A stretch of 64,000 bases of DNA. It comes from Neodothiora populina (Eukaryota). Location of the stretch: assembly GCF_041146345.1 (NCBI RefSeq), contig NW_027191403.1:62001-126000 (forward strand). The letters are read 5' to 3'. A program made the position numbers and the translations under genes. The notes beneath the pieces are model-generated. The model was not told where the DNA came from. It did not search any database and worked only from the letters and a program-made list of their open reading frames with translations. Positions 25,710 through 38,663 of the stretch are shown here, piece after piece; position 1 is the first letter of the stretch; every line of letters begins with the position of its first letter.

Positions 25710-26548
25710 CTACAATGTCAACAAGGAGCACAATCCTAGGATGACAGCCGCCATGGATATCAGTCCCATCGTGTCAATCTTGTTTGCATCCTGTTGTATT
25801 GTCAATATTGCTTCGAGAACATAGAGCACAACGGCCAAGTACTTACGGAGGTATCGTTCGAGGGTGTAGCTGAAGTCGCAGCGGTATTGGTGGCGCTCTC
25901 AACTGCGTTGCTGGCGGTAGCAGCGGAAGAGGCAGCCGAGGTAACAGCGGTTTTGGCAGCAGAGCTGGCGGAGGAGGCACCAAATGAGGCACCAGATGAG
26001 ACACCAGAGGTACCAGTTGCGGTAGCAGAAGCCGTAGTCATGGCTGCCAACTTCTCCAAACCTGCGGTGACTGTGAGAGGTATCCAGAGTGAAGCAGCCT
26101 CTGCGCCAGAAAGGCTGGTCGTGGTTTCGATAGCGGTAGAGTAGTCTTCTACAGCCGCGATTATGGTGACATCGCAAGTGGCCGCAGTCGTTCCCTCGAG
26201 TTCGCACTGCTGTGTAATCTCGGCCGCGACACCCTCAGTGCTAGTCACGTAGACGACCTGAGCGGTAGATGGTCCTCCAGTCAGGACAGCCTGTATACCA
26301 TGGGTTAGCGGCTTTCAACCAAGCGAGAGAGTATGAATCGGATGACGAACAGTGAAATCCGCAGGGCATGAAACTCCATCGGTGCATTCGATGCCGTACG
26401 TAACCGCATCATTATCACTACCGATCACTGAACCTCCATAGCCGTATTCGTTGCTTAATCCAAAAACACTTGTAGTAATCGTACTTTGGGCAGTTGCTGC
26501 TGAGGAGAGGGCGAAAATGGCCCCTAGTGTGGGGGCGAGTCTGAGCAT
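25710..26548 (-). CDS. Secreted Ser/Thr/Ala-rich GPI-anchored cell wall protein (introns 26291-26350, 25791-25846)
   Basis: Signal peptide MLRLAPTLGAIFALSSAATA, a Cys-containing domain with GSVIG and VTAGLEKL, an S/T/A-rich stalk, and a hydrophobic C-terminus MGLISMAAVILGLCSLLTL. Confidence 0.85.
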
Positions 26549-28809
26549 CTTTTATTTGGCTTGGTTATCAAAGAAGTAGAGGAAAAATGTCCTTCGAGGT
26601 GTCTCTTGACTGTTTTGTGCGAGGAGCTGCCACAAAGGATGACAGAATGAAGTTATGGAGGTCGGGTCATGAACATGGGAGGGCCACCGATCTTTATATA
26701 GCCTGTCACAGCAGTGAGACATGAGGTTCCTGCCTTGCGGTAGTGGCTGTATGGGCATGGTCGACCTACACGACGAAGATCAATGCTTAAGCGAGTTTGG
26801 ACCCCCTTTTGTTCGGCTATAAATCCATTGAGGTCTAGTACCGGACTAGTATGAAAGCCCGGTTCAATCTAATCTGAGCTTCATCACATTCCGAGTAAGG
26901 TCCAAGTACTAATAGTGTGGCGTCAGGGCCATAATGTTACTGTAAGATTAGTGTCGCCTGACACAGAGTACAGTAGGATAGATGGCTGCTGTCAATAACA
27001 ACAATTGCCTAAAAACTGCGGATAGCGAGCTGCACAGTTTTGCTCATTGCTCTTGGCGGAAGTTGCCTTGTATCTTTCGTAAAGCACATGTCGCTAGATC
27101 TAAGTTGCTTAATAAAGGCGGCGAAAAGTCAGTTGGGTTTTCTCCATATCGTCGATCTCTAGCTGTGTCTCTGCATGACACTTTTGCCATGTGGAGTCAG
27201 GGTCTTCTCCCAATTGACCTTGACATAATTTTGTTGTATCCGGAATGACCTTAAACACTTTGACTCGATTCTGACTTACATCAAGTTGACCGTCCTTCAC
27301 TTGCCATACCGTAGTTTCAACACTGCGATCTGAGGCAATGGCGGTGCAGCTTGCCGAAGGCAAGTCGAAGAGTTTCCCAAATCGAACATCCACTCTTCAT
27401 AACTGATAGTGCTCAAGGCGCTTCTTTCAAAGCTGATCGAGGCAGACGATCACTTGTCAAAGCTTTACTTTGATTCTTGACCTTGGCATATGCGTTGTCG
27501 ACTGGAGGCCTGGAAAGCACACATTAAAACGACATGATATCCGATGCGCAGCCACAACCAGATCACAAATGGAATGTGCGGTAGCGTTACGCAGTATGGG
27601 CACAAAGGATTGCGCTGCCAAGCGTGTTAGTATCTGAGAGGAAGAATCTGCTGAAACAGGCGCGATTGTGTCGCGAAAGATGTCGATATTGGGGACCACG
27701 GATAGAACTAGTAGAGAGCTGAGGGCTGTATGGAAGAGCTGGCAGGAATCTCCATAGGGCGTGACTAGTCCTTGACCTGTACGAGACGGATTATCTATCC
27801 CCATTGGCTGCGCCTAAGCCACAGCATCGTAAAGATAGAAATGATGGGCGGATATCTTTTCGAACGCAGCGGCCAGGCGACCAGGCATAGCGGGAGTGGT
27901 CCAAGCGCTAACATTTGACGGTAAGGCACCTACGCGCAGGCGCAGAATGAACCTGCTACTACTGAACCAAAATATACATGTTCATGACCATGATCTATTA
28001 AGACCTGATGAGAATCATGTACACTTAAGATATTACAGAAGATCTTTAATGGGGTAACAGCACCATGCTGTGGGATGCTCGGTGGTAGCTTATCGTTAGT
28101 TGCACACGTGCCGCAAGCCCGAACGGTTTGACTCACTTCGTATGCAGGTCCATCTCGGCGCCCAGTATTTCATGGCCCATATGCTTAATGGGGCTTCGAA
28201 GAAATCAGGCAACGAGCTGCGTAGGATTTCCGATCTGGGGAGATCTACATGGCAACATGGGTACCTCATTGCTAGAGTTCTATTTCTCAATCGCTCTTAC
28301 GAGAAAGGTAAGGCACTTGCGAGTTCCTAGATGAGGTACAGGATGTTTCAATGCCTCGCCCTTGAACACGCTTTTGCTTCCTCATCGCTGCGCCTCTAAT
28401 TCATCTTTCGGCGTCGTAGAAGCATCGGCCTGTTATATCGCCTCGTGTCACCCTTGGCAATTGGCTTTGGACAGCTTTCAAGCAAAGTTCACTCTGCGCT
28501 GTATATGTATCATTACTAGAGAAAAGTTCTCCTCCGCTGTGGCATTGTGCTGTAACAACTGAGCAGACTGCCCACTCACAGTCATAAGGTTGTGTGCGGT
28601 TGGACCGATTTATTTCAGGCTATTGCGCCAAGGGTAAACTATCGGCACTGATCCGTCGGCAACCTCATGCGAATGATCATCGAAACGTCCTTGTGAAACG
28701 GATGGCATCTGATGATGTTCATTTGGGAAGTACTATCAGGTGTAAAATGATTTCCTTAGGGCACTCTCACGCTTTTCTCGAGTGGCTAGAAAAATCTAAG
28801 GATCCCAGG

Positions 28810-29965
28810 CTACTCCTCGAGGTCATGTATACGCCGGTAGGCTCTCTTGAGTTGTTCCAGCGTCACAAATGTGATTGTTGTCGAAGGCGCTCTGCTGATC
28901 AGTGCTGGAGTCAAACCTCGGAACATCCACTTGAGCCCCTCAGTCTTGTAGGTGTGCGCGAGTAAGACAGATACACTGTGTAGGCTCTTGTGTGTCATAA
29001 CGCGGGCCTTGAGAACGTCCAAAGGACTGCAGATAAAGGTGGACAGGAATCCAGCCAAGCAACTCGCAGTGATATGAGTCGGGATATCGTCGCCCATAGA
29101 AGTTCGCTTCATCAATTCGCGTTTGAGAACATCGTAACCAGCCAACTGGGTGGCAGTAGCCACAGCTGCTCGTCCTGCCCCGATCCACACGCCAGTCCAT
29201 AAACTGCTCCAACCTTCGGTGCGGATCATCTTCACGATGCCATGGCCTATGTTGTTGTAATTGCGTCGCTGCTCGACTGGTAGTGACGGATCGTTTTGCA
29301 TGCGTAAGCAGACAACATCGGCGAAATTACTTGTTATGCTGCCACATGAGCCCGATGCGGCAGCTATAATAGCCAAGGTTGCTGCCGCGGGTGCGTGTGT
29401 GGGAGTACTCGACATTTCCTTCGCTTTTTCGTACATGCCAAAGCGTACGCCAGAATAGAGCATTGTCCTCGTCAAGGAGGCGCTCAGCTGAATAGCACGT
29501 CAATCAGCGAATCTCACTACGGACACTCGCCGTGCTTGGCTCACCCCTTTCCACAGCCCGCGTGTACCCTCTGTCGACCATAAAGTGGTGAAAATATGGA
29601 TCATGCCGGTTCGATGAGGACCTTGGTGATTATGGGTTTGTAGACGAAGCTGCCCAGGTTAATCAATTGTAAGAGTAGGTGATGTCCGTAGAGTTACCTA
29701 CGCCGGCTTATATGATATCAGTTGTGTCCTTACACTCGTTAGATCAGTCATTTTTCAACTCACCAACACCTAGCGGTTGCGTACAGCAACATGACACGCA
29801 ACTAGCCAAGCCTCCGTACCAGAATGGGTAAGGGATGACACCATGTAGGGAATGTATGGATTTGTCTTTGTTGGCCAGAACAGGACTCGTCTGTATTAGT
29901 AGCTTATCGATGATTGGAGGGGCAGCAACAGCGGTGCCGGTCCCACTTCCCAGGCCAGAATCCAT
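28810..29965 (-). CDS. Mitochondrial dicarboxylate carrier (DIC1-like), divergent paralog, multi-exon
   Basis: YPFWYGG, RLQT, EG.RGLWKG-LSAS, YS.VRFG.YE, RMQND, RRNY, QLA.YD and SPLDVLK.R motifs. The 5' exon structure, including a possible 5-nt micro-exon at ~29703-29707, is inferred. Confidence 0.8.
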
Positions 29966-30991
29966 GATGAGGAACATAGTGGTTGTAATGGAAGGATACA
30001 ATCACAAAGGAATGCTTTGACAACAGATAGTGAGAAAGCCTGGGACCGGACAGACCTGAATTCCTCGGTTGTTGACCCTGGTGTTGATGGTCAATGTAAG
30101 GTATGTAAAGGGTATATATTTGACGGCTCGATGCCTCTCTCAGCTGCTACAGATACCATAAAGATGTTGACTAAGGCAAGGTATATTTGCTTGGCCTCTT
30201 CGGTAGCATCGACCTGAGCTGGGAAAGTGCGACGCTTGTTGTTGCTCCCTACTTCCCGAATGTTGATGGTCAGGGTCACCGACCTAGAGGCTCATTTGAC
30301 ATTACCACATTACTACCGCACAATGTGGTAACCACAACATGGCCTGTGAAGATACCTCAATGCGTGAGGCACCTTGTCAAGGAGAACACTGATGCTCCAA
30401 TGCGTGATCTATCAGGGATTAGCACAATGTTCTGATTTCCACTGGGTAACGTGACATGCACACGTTTTATGAGTTATCCAAGTGATCTCCGACCGACAAG
30501 AGTGTAATACTCTTTTACATGTCTCCGAGCCATGAGAGAGCTGATCGCGGATGCGGCGTGTTATGCGACTGGAGAGCTTGCGCTGCCGCAGTGTGATTAC
30601 CTCAGCAGGTACAATAATTACCTAGGTATGCTTCACTCTGATTGAAGAAGTGCGTTGCCGATAGTGGGCGGAGACGCGTCTTGGCACAACCAAATCCACT
30701 TCACACGACGCGTCTCTTACGCTGTTGGTCAGGTCTATTGCCTCGAACTTATAGAGCTGGTCACACCTTAACGCTCCTCTACACCAAGTCAGGAGCTTGA
30801 TCTGTGTTGCGATACAACTTGGGAGTAAGTATCTAAGGGACAGTCGCGAAACAATTGTGAGGTCTTCACTCTAAGTGTCTACTGTGTCTCAAACACGGCA
30901 AAATCACGCTGCCTATTGTCTTGCACTCGCAGACTACATGCGTGACCTGCCTTTTTCTTACCAAGCATTTCGTCCCTTTTGACTCTGCAAA

Positions 30992-32194
30992 ATGTCCACA
31001 CCTCCCAGTACAGCGGCGGCTACGCCACCAAAGAGCGAAGCCATAATCGCCGACTTCAAACAGAAGATAAAGAGCACGCCGGCCTGGGTGACCTTCCCAC
31101 AGTGCATTGATGATTCCCTGTTGCAGCAGTCAACTACCGGTTCTGCTAAAATGCTGGGTCTCAGAGCCACAAGACTGTGGTACAAGATTTCGAGACTTGC
31201 TACTCCCGAAACTGCGAACAAGGAGCTTTGGAAACTCACGGGTGGCAAACGCGCTGGGATACCGCACCTTGAAGGCTTGTTTGTCCAGTTGTCGACGGAC
31301 CGGCCTCGGACCGCCGATGAAAAAAGGCAGCCGTCGGCCAAAGCTCTATCAACACCCATGTCGGGCCGCAAGATAGCAAAATTGAAATCTGAATTCATCA
31401 GCATCACTAACACTCTCCGGACTAAACGCAATACCGATGATGCTGGTCCCATGTCAAGCCCAGACGCTGGTAAGCGACGGCGTCTCGACGAGGTCCCAGC
31501 AGACGATTGCATTGTCGTGCAGCGATCTCTGACAGTGAGTCTAATACAATTTCATGAAGCCGAAGTCAATCGTGCTCATACTGACATCTGTGTTCCACCC
31601 TCCTCAAGACCAACAAAGTCCCTAGATCTTCCTTGGAGTCTTCTCTCGAGCGAACATCCGAGGACATGTGGGCAGATCTACATGCGAAACTCAAAGATGA
31701 ATTGGAGGACGTTGCCGACGCTTACAGGCAAAGCAACTATGAGCTTACTAAAGCTGATGAAAATGTCGTCAGGTGCCAGCATGAGCTGCAAAGCTGTCAG
31801 GCGAAGCTAGAACTGCATGATCGAGACATCGCAGCATTCCAGGATCGTCTAGCGCAAGTTGTATCTAATGCCAATGGAAGATCTTAGTGCTCAATCGCCA
31901 TCACATTAACAAGATTCCGAACACAAGGCCTTTCTTGAGTTCCAACAGGAATTTCTGCAACGACGGAGGTCATATGCGGCAAATCTGGTGGAGAAGCATG
32001 AGTCTATGAAAAAGTTGCGAGATGATGTTTCTGCGCGCAAGCTTCTTCATAGGATTCAACTTGTGGATGCCGAAAATCAGATGGAAGAATGCAAGGCCAA
32101 AATGGAAGAGCCCACGCGGAAAAAGCAAGCCAAGGAAACTTTCGTCAAGATGTTACTGACCCAAGCGCGGGAACTTGTGCCGTATCTGGCGTAG
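30992..32194 (+). CDS. Hypothetical coiled-coil protein, possibly disrupted near 31890
   Basis: Long ORF with a GTGAGT donor at 31534, continued by E/K/L-rich ORFs 31633-31887 and 31988-32194. No family recognised. Confidence 0.4.
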
Positions 32195-35058
32195 AGGAGT
32201 GCCAAGATCCCCCTTGAACTCGGTGTGACACTATCCGTATACAGCCATAATGCTGTGACATTTGGGTTTCTTTGGACGAAGCAGCGCGAGAACATGCTCA
32301 AAATGATACTACCTTGGTGTTGATGACTGAGCATTGCTATGGACTCACGGCTTCCATTCTCGAGAACAGCAAGGACCATTCGGCTCAGCCAATAAAGTCA
32401 TTCTATGACTTCAGCAGCGACTTGTGACATGGACACTTGTTCGCTTAGATGCTCAGCATGTAGTCTGCATCACAGGAATGGCGTCTGATGCAAAACTCCG
32501 CTGTGTCAATCCGAGAGTGGCTGCCGTCTTTTATGCCGCAACCGACGGCAACTAAACTGCAACCAATGCTCATGCAAGACCCAAGAGGCATTAATTCCCC
32601 TGGCAGCCTATCATTTATCATACCCAGTGTTGGATCAGGATAATCGCAAATATGCAAAGGCATGGCTTAGGGGATCCCCCTCAAATCTCGTATCTGACTG
32701 CCTATCTGGCGCAACCGCTATCACAACTTTAATCACCGTCACAACGTCATCTACGCTCTCGTTGCCGGAACAAACTCACTCATTAAATCGATATGTGATA
32801 CGGCTCGTCTGTAAGATCCTCTACTCGCAGTGAAAGGCCCTTGCCAGCCAACATAGTCGAACTTCGATGGGACACAACAACAAGGTTCTGCCGAGCGACC
32901 ATGTCGACCAAGACAGACCCATCAGCAAGTATGAAGCTATAAGGACCGATAAGGGCGTCATCTATGAGAACACTACGTAGATGTATTATTCTAGACCTAC
33001 TGCATATACACCGGCCATACGAAGTTGGCATGGTCCAATGGGCCGCCAATCCGAACCACTTCAGAAAGTATATGGGTCAAGCCGGACCTCCATCTGAAAC
33101 CACGAGAAACCACGTGAGAGCCATTGTGTATCTTGTTACTGGACATATTGAGTAGTAGAATCTTGAAGAATCTTGATGTTACAAGATTACAGTGCTAATC
33201 AGCTCAGCAAAGGGGAATAGATCGATCAGTATTCCTCGCTCATCGTATGGTTGACACGCTATACATTTGCTAGCTACAGCATTGACATTGTCATGGATCA
33301 ATTTGTTTATACCGTAACACTATTTGTATCGCAGGCGCCCGTACCCACAAGATCTTGCAGGAATGCTTCTCAGCCGCCAGATCACTCCTTAGACAATGTC
33401 TTTAAAGACCCTGGGGTGCAAAGCTCGTATCGGCCCGTGCGATGATGGTACTCGAACCACCTTAGCATGGTCATACGTTACACATAGCAACTGGACGCGA
33501 GAATCGATACAAAGACTAGAGAGAAATTCCATGGCAACCATAGTCATTCAAGCTTTATGAGGTTCGGTGCCCCCTGCTCACAGCCGTCCCGATAGCCCTG
33601 AAACTCCTCCTCAGTCCATTAACAAGGAGTTGGAAAGAGATCCAGGTCATGAGCAGCTGAGTTGCCTGAAGACACTAGACACTGTCACGTCGCAGCCTAA
33701 TGACTGGGTTGCTTAGATGTCTGTTGGTTCTACAATATCGTATGCAGACCATTAGCGTGCATACTCAAAGACCAAGTACCTATCTATTGAACGATGAAGG
33801 CATGATACAAGCTGTGGCAGATCGCGTGGACCTGTAGATGACGAGTGATAATTGAGCCTTCAGAAGCTTTCTCTACCAGTCGTTGAGCTGGCGGACATAA
33901 AACAGTCAGTGTAGGTCCCAGCACGTTTGCTGTCCAACGTCATTTTCAGCCACGATACATGCAGGTTCGTGCATATCAGGAAGTGGCAAGATAGTGCCTG
34001 CGTTGACCCAGGAGTCGTTCGCGGAATTGTACCCCGAGTCTATAAATTACTTGCATTGAACGGATATCAGTACACCGCAAGAAGCATCGAAGTGTGCTCT
34101 GATTACAATGATCGCAGGTTTAAGCTGTTTTCGTCGCGCATGCCAAGACTTGTAAGGCGTTCCGAAAAGCACCTGTACTGCACGCCTCTATGCGACTTCA
34201 GAAAACGTTGACTTGTGGGTTGCATCCATCTCGTCGATGTACTGCCCATCAACGGCGGCAGTGACGGCTCATTATCTGCATCAGGTTTCACGGACCCGCC
34301 AAATATCGCACGTTGAGTTCAACTCCAGTGAATCGTCCGACGAGATGTTTCATCGCGTCGGCTTCCCCGCACTAGTTTCCCACGCTGTTGTCGCAGTGTC
34401 AAGGTGGTTGCTTGTGGACGACGACGGTGTTGCCAAGAATAACCACAGAATATGTTTGATCCAGTCCGACCACACCTGTTGATGCGTGTGGATCTCTATA
34501 CGATTGGTCCCATGAACATGGCCGTCATTTCGGCCAGTCAGTCTGCGTTCCGAAAGAGTATGCTTAGGGTAAGTCTAACAAGGCAAATGTGTCTTGGATG
34601 TGCTATCCCGCCCTGAACAAGTCCGGCCGACTGGATTGTGCACATCTTCTTCAAAGGTTACGAGTAGTGTAGCTGGATACAGTATCCAGAGAAGCGGACC
34701 TGCTTCCAAATCGAGCGCATGCTCAACGCGCCCCACATGTCCGAGGAAAGTTGGATGGTGCATCGCATGAAACAGTAGTGCATCAATGATACTCAACACG
34801 AGTCGGACTGCACCTGTTGCGCGCTTGACACTACCGATCGGACTTCAACATCAATATTAGCCTCATGGCAGTTATGGAATGCTATTTATTGTCACCAGCT
34901 ACGCTCACCTCGACTAGGATGCTTGCAGAAAGCCTTTGTCCAGGTCCCCGAAAGTTGATAGTGGTTGTGTCTTCGTCCAGATATTCCCCTACTTGAATGA
35001 TCTGTTTGTTTCGTACTGCGGGTCTAAATCCACTCGAAGTCAAGGTAGATTTCATGCT

Positions 35059-38000
35059 ATGATGGAGTGCGAACAACTTTCGGAAGCCTCGGGACGTCCA
35101 ATTGACACCCACAACCTCTCTCATGTCAGCCTTTGGCAGAAAGCAGTGTCTTCGAATCCTGACAAGGTAGCCTTGATATCTCATGATCAGTCACCCAGTA
35201 GCTTTGGATGGATCCGGGGCGCTGGTCCTTGCAGGACGCATGTGGAGTGGACCTTTGCAGACCTGGATAGAGCTTCTCGACGCTTGGCCACCACTTTGAA
35301 CCGACTCGCGCCCGTTGGTAGAAGGCCAATTGCGACATTCGTCAATAATCAAGCGGAGTGGGCTCTCTTCTTCTGGGCTGCAGCCTATCTGCACGTGCCA
35401 TTGATGCCCATCAATCCCAAGTGTGCTGGTCGCAGTGAAGAAGTTTCACACATGCTTGCGTTGATGAAGCCAGGTGTAGTGGTCGCAGCCTCCGCTGACC
35501 TCGCATGTCAGTTGGAGCTCAACGTTTCTTCTACCATATTGGACGATATCCCCACAAAGCTCCTGTTATGCGCAACAGATGGCATCGCTTCCTCAGAATG
35601 GAACCAGCTTTCTCATATCATGACTGGCGAACTGACTCCAGCTGATACACCACTGTTGCCCGATCCCGATGCTCACGCTCTGATCCTCTTTACAAGCGGC
35701 ACGACCTCCCTTCCAAAACCTTGTGCGCATACTAGTGCCCAAGTCGCCAACGCAGCTTTGGCTTATACTGAGGCGCGCGGTATCACAGATGCCCATCGTC
35801 TGGTCCATCATCTACCTGGATTCCATGCATATGGAATTACCTGGGGTCTTGTGTTCTGGTTTTCAGGCGGCTCTATCGTCTATCCGTCTGCCGCTTTCGA
35901 AGCTCAGGCCAGCCTGGACTGCATACAGAGATACAAGTGCACTCATACAAGTCTGGTGCCGACAACCGCACAGGCAATCTTGGCGCATTCTGCCCTCGCC
36001 AACACGGATCTGAGTAGCCTGGTAAGCATTGATGTCAGTGGAGCCGGTGTGCTTCCCAGCCTTGTCAAGTCGTGCGAAGAAGCACTGAAGATTCCTGCTT
36101 ATACAAGCTATGGTATGACCGAGAGCCCCGGCACCATAATCTGGCCGGATGGTGGAGGCTCCGTTCTTCGCGATGGAGATGTCCTAGCAGGCTTTCCCAG
36201 CCGAGGCGTTACTGCCAAAGTTTGCGAACCCGGCACACGAGTTGCCGTCCCAAGGGGACATGCTGGCGAACTTCATTGCACTGGAATTCAGGTAATCTCA
36301 GGCTATCTCGACGCTGAAGTCTCTTCATCCGCGTTCTATGTGGATGAGGATGATCGCTCATGGGTCGTATCTGGTGATCAAGCTATCATGACTGAGGATG
36401 GGGCGCTCTGTATAGTGGGAAGATACAAGGACCTTATTATCCGAGGCGGAGAGAATATATCGCCTGCCAGTATTGAAGATTTGCTGTGCAAGGTGGAAGG
36501 TGTACAGATGGTAAGTGTTGCGCTGGCCACTGGAGTCATCCTTGCTCACGATGATCATAGGCCCAAGTTGTGGGTGTACCCGACGACATGGCTGGAGAAG
36601 TTCCTATTGCAATCATTCAAGTTCTACAAGGATACCATATCGCAGCAAGTGAACTGAAAAGATTGACTACGCAGCACCTCGGGCCCGCATTCGCGCCCAA
36701 ATTAGTCCTCAATCTCCAAGATGATCTTGGTCTTGAGACATACCCGATGACAGCGTCTGGAAAGGTCAGGAAGGTCGAACTTAGACAACTTGTCCGCAAA
36801 TACCTTTCTGAGCGGGATGGACCCAACTTGCATGACGATGCACCGACCGTGGATATACTAATAGCAATTTGGAACGAGATAAGCGGCGCTAGCGGACTAC
36901 AACCAGGCACGAACATTCAGTCATTCGCAGACTCCTTGATGATGATGCAGTTGTCAAGGATGGTCAAGTGTGCGCTCGAGAAAGATATCACCGTCGAGCA
37001 TTTCAAGAAGTGTGACACTATCCTGGACCAAGCTAATCTTATTGACCAGCGTCCAAAGCGCAAGACACAAGTCGACAGGGCGAGCAGAATCGGCCCGCCG
37101 ACGATAGATGATATTGCGTATTTGCAAGGCGATTCGAGCACCTTTCAACAGACTCGGCGCAGTGTCAGCTCGGCTTTATCAATCATGAACTTGTCATGGT
37201 CTGACGTTGAGGATGTCATGCCACTTCCTGATTGGGAGGCTATTTTCGTCAATCGTAGCAGACCGCAATCTTGGAACCTACGATGGACTTGCCATGCACC
37301 TGTCGATGCGCGGAAACTCGAGGCTGCTGTACGATCCACAATGGCTGTGCACCCAACACTAAGATCTATCGCAGTACTCTCTAACGAGGACACACCACTT
37401 CTTGTCTCTATCCGCCCTTCTGAACAGTGGATGAAGAATTCTATCACAACTGGCTGGAGTGTCTCAGATAAAGATGAGTTGAAGGATCTACTGTTAGGAC
37501 ATCCGGTACAGGACTGCGCTTCTTTTCCCGGGCCGCTCTTCAGAGTTCATATCGCAACAATAGAAAGCGATGGCACGGCAGGACTTGTAATTGTGGCTTC
37601 TCATGCGGTCATGGATGCGAGTATGACCAAGCTGTGGCTTGACGACATTAATGCCGCTCTGCATGGTAATGGCACCCCTGGTCCACACGCGTTGTATAAA
37701 GACTACGCTGCGGCCTACCACTCTCATAGGTTTGGAAGCGAGGCCATGAAGGGCGTTGCATACTGGGCCGAAAAGCTTCAAGGAGTATCTTCGATCCCCG
37801 AGAGCGAATATTGGCCACCGCAAAGAGCACCGGAGTGGTTCAAAGGGTGCGACTACGGATGGACGCACTGGGATGGCAGCGAAACATCCGAAAGTATGCG
37901 CTCGCGTTCGCAGCTGGAAAAGAACAAAGCGCAGAATGGTATTCGAAGGCTGGCTAGAGTCCAAGACATTGCTCACCTCAAGTCTGATCATAATGTTCCG

Positions 38001-38663
38001 GTGTTTATGCTGATGAAAGCGGCCATCGCACTTTTGAATGTCAAGCAAACGGGAGGCAGAGAAGCAATGTTTGGTACCATCAATGCAGCTCGCACCTGGC
38101 CGTTCAGTTCGGATTATTCCGCCACTGAGCAAGAAAAGTTCTCTGGCAATCCCCTCGATATATCCGGCTGTACTATTGAATATCTCCTAGACCGTGTACA
38201 CGTCGAGACGCAAACCATGGTACTGAAATTCATGCAAAAGGTCACGGCAGAGGAAGAAACGAACAGCGCTCATGCACATGCGCCTTTCTTCGACATAGTC
38301 GAAAGGCTGCGTCACTCGATCTCCGCAAATGACGCTCGAACAGTGGAACAACGCAACTCAGATGCCGAGTCTCTACTTCCGCTTATCAGACGACAGAGTT
38401 TCAACTGGCTGCCCACGAGTCCCAATGCACAGCGTGATCCTAACGGTCTAGCGATGCTTGACATGGTGACACGCATGGACAACGGATTGACTATCACGGG
38501 ATTTCTAGCAGACGATAAGCGATCGGTGGCCTTGGATTTCAGATGGGACGCAGAGCATCTAACGATGACAGAAGCTGAGGAGGCCATCGACACTCTCGCA
38601 AAGCTCATTGAAGAGATGGGCAAAGAAGAGAACTGGATGAGATCACTGAAGGATATCATTTGA
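35059..38663 (+). CDS. NRPS-like enzyme, A(acyl-CoA-ligase type)-T-C architecture (intron 36511-36560), ~1180 aa
   Basis: A domain: LFTSGTTSLPK, SYGMTE, SGD, GRYKDLIIRGGENI, TASGKV. T domain: FADSLMMMQL. C domain: HPTLRS, GPLFRV, SHAVMDA, YW, FGT. The GTAAGT..CTCAC..TAG intron keeps the frame. Confidence 0.9.

Noticed and set aside
32400..34800. Short ORFs between the coiled-coil gene and the NRPS-like gene, with possible HET-like remnants (NVIYAL)
   Set aside because: No continuous recognisable domain.
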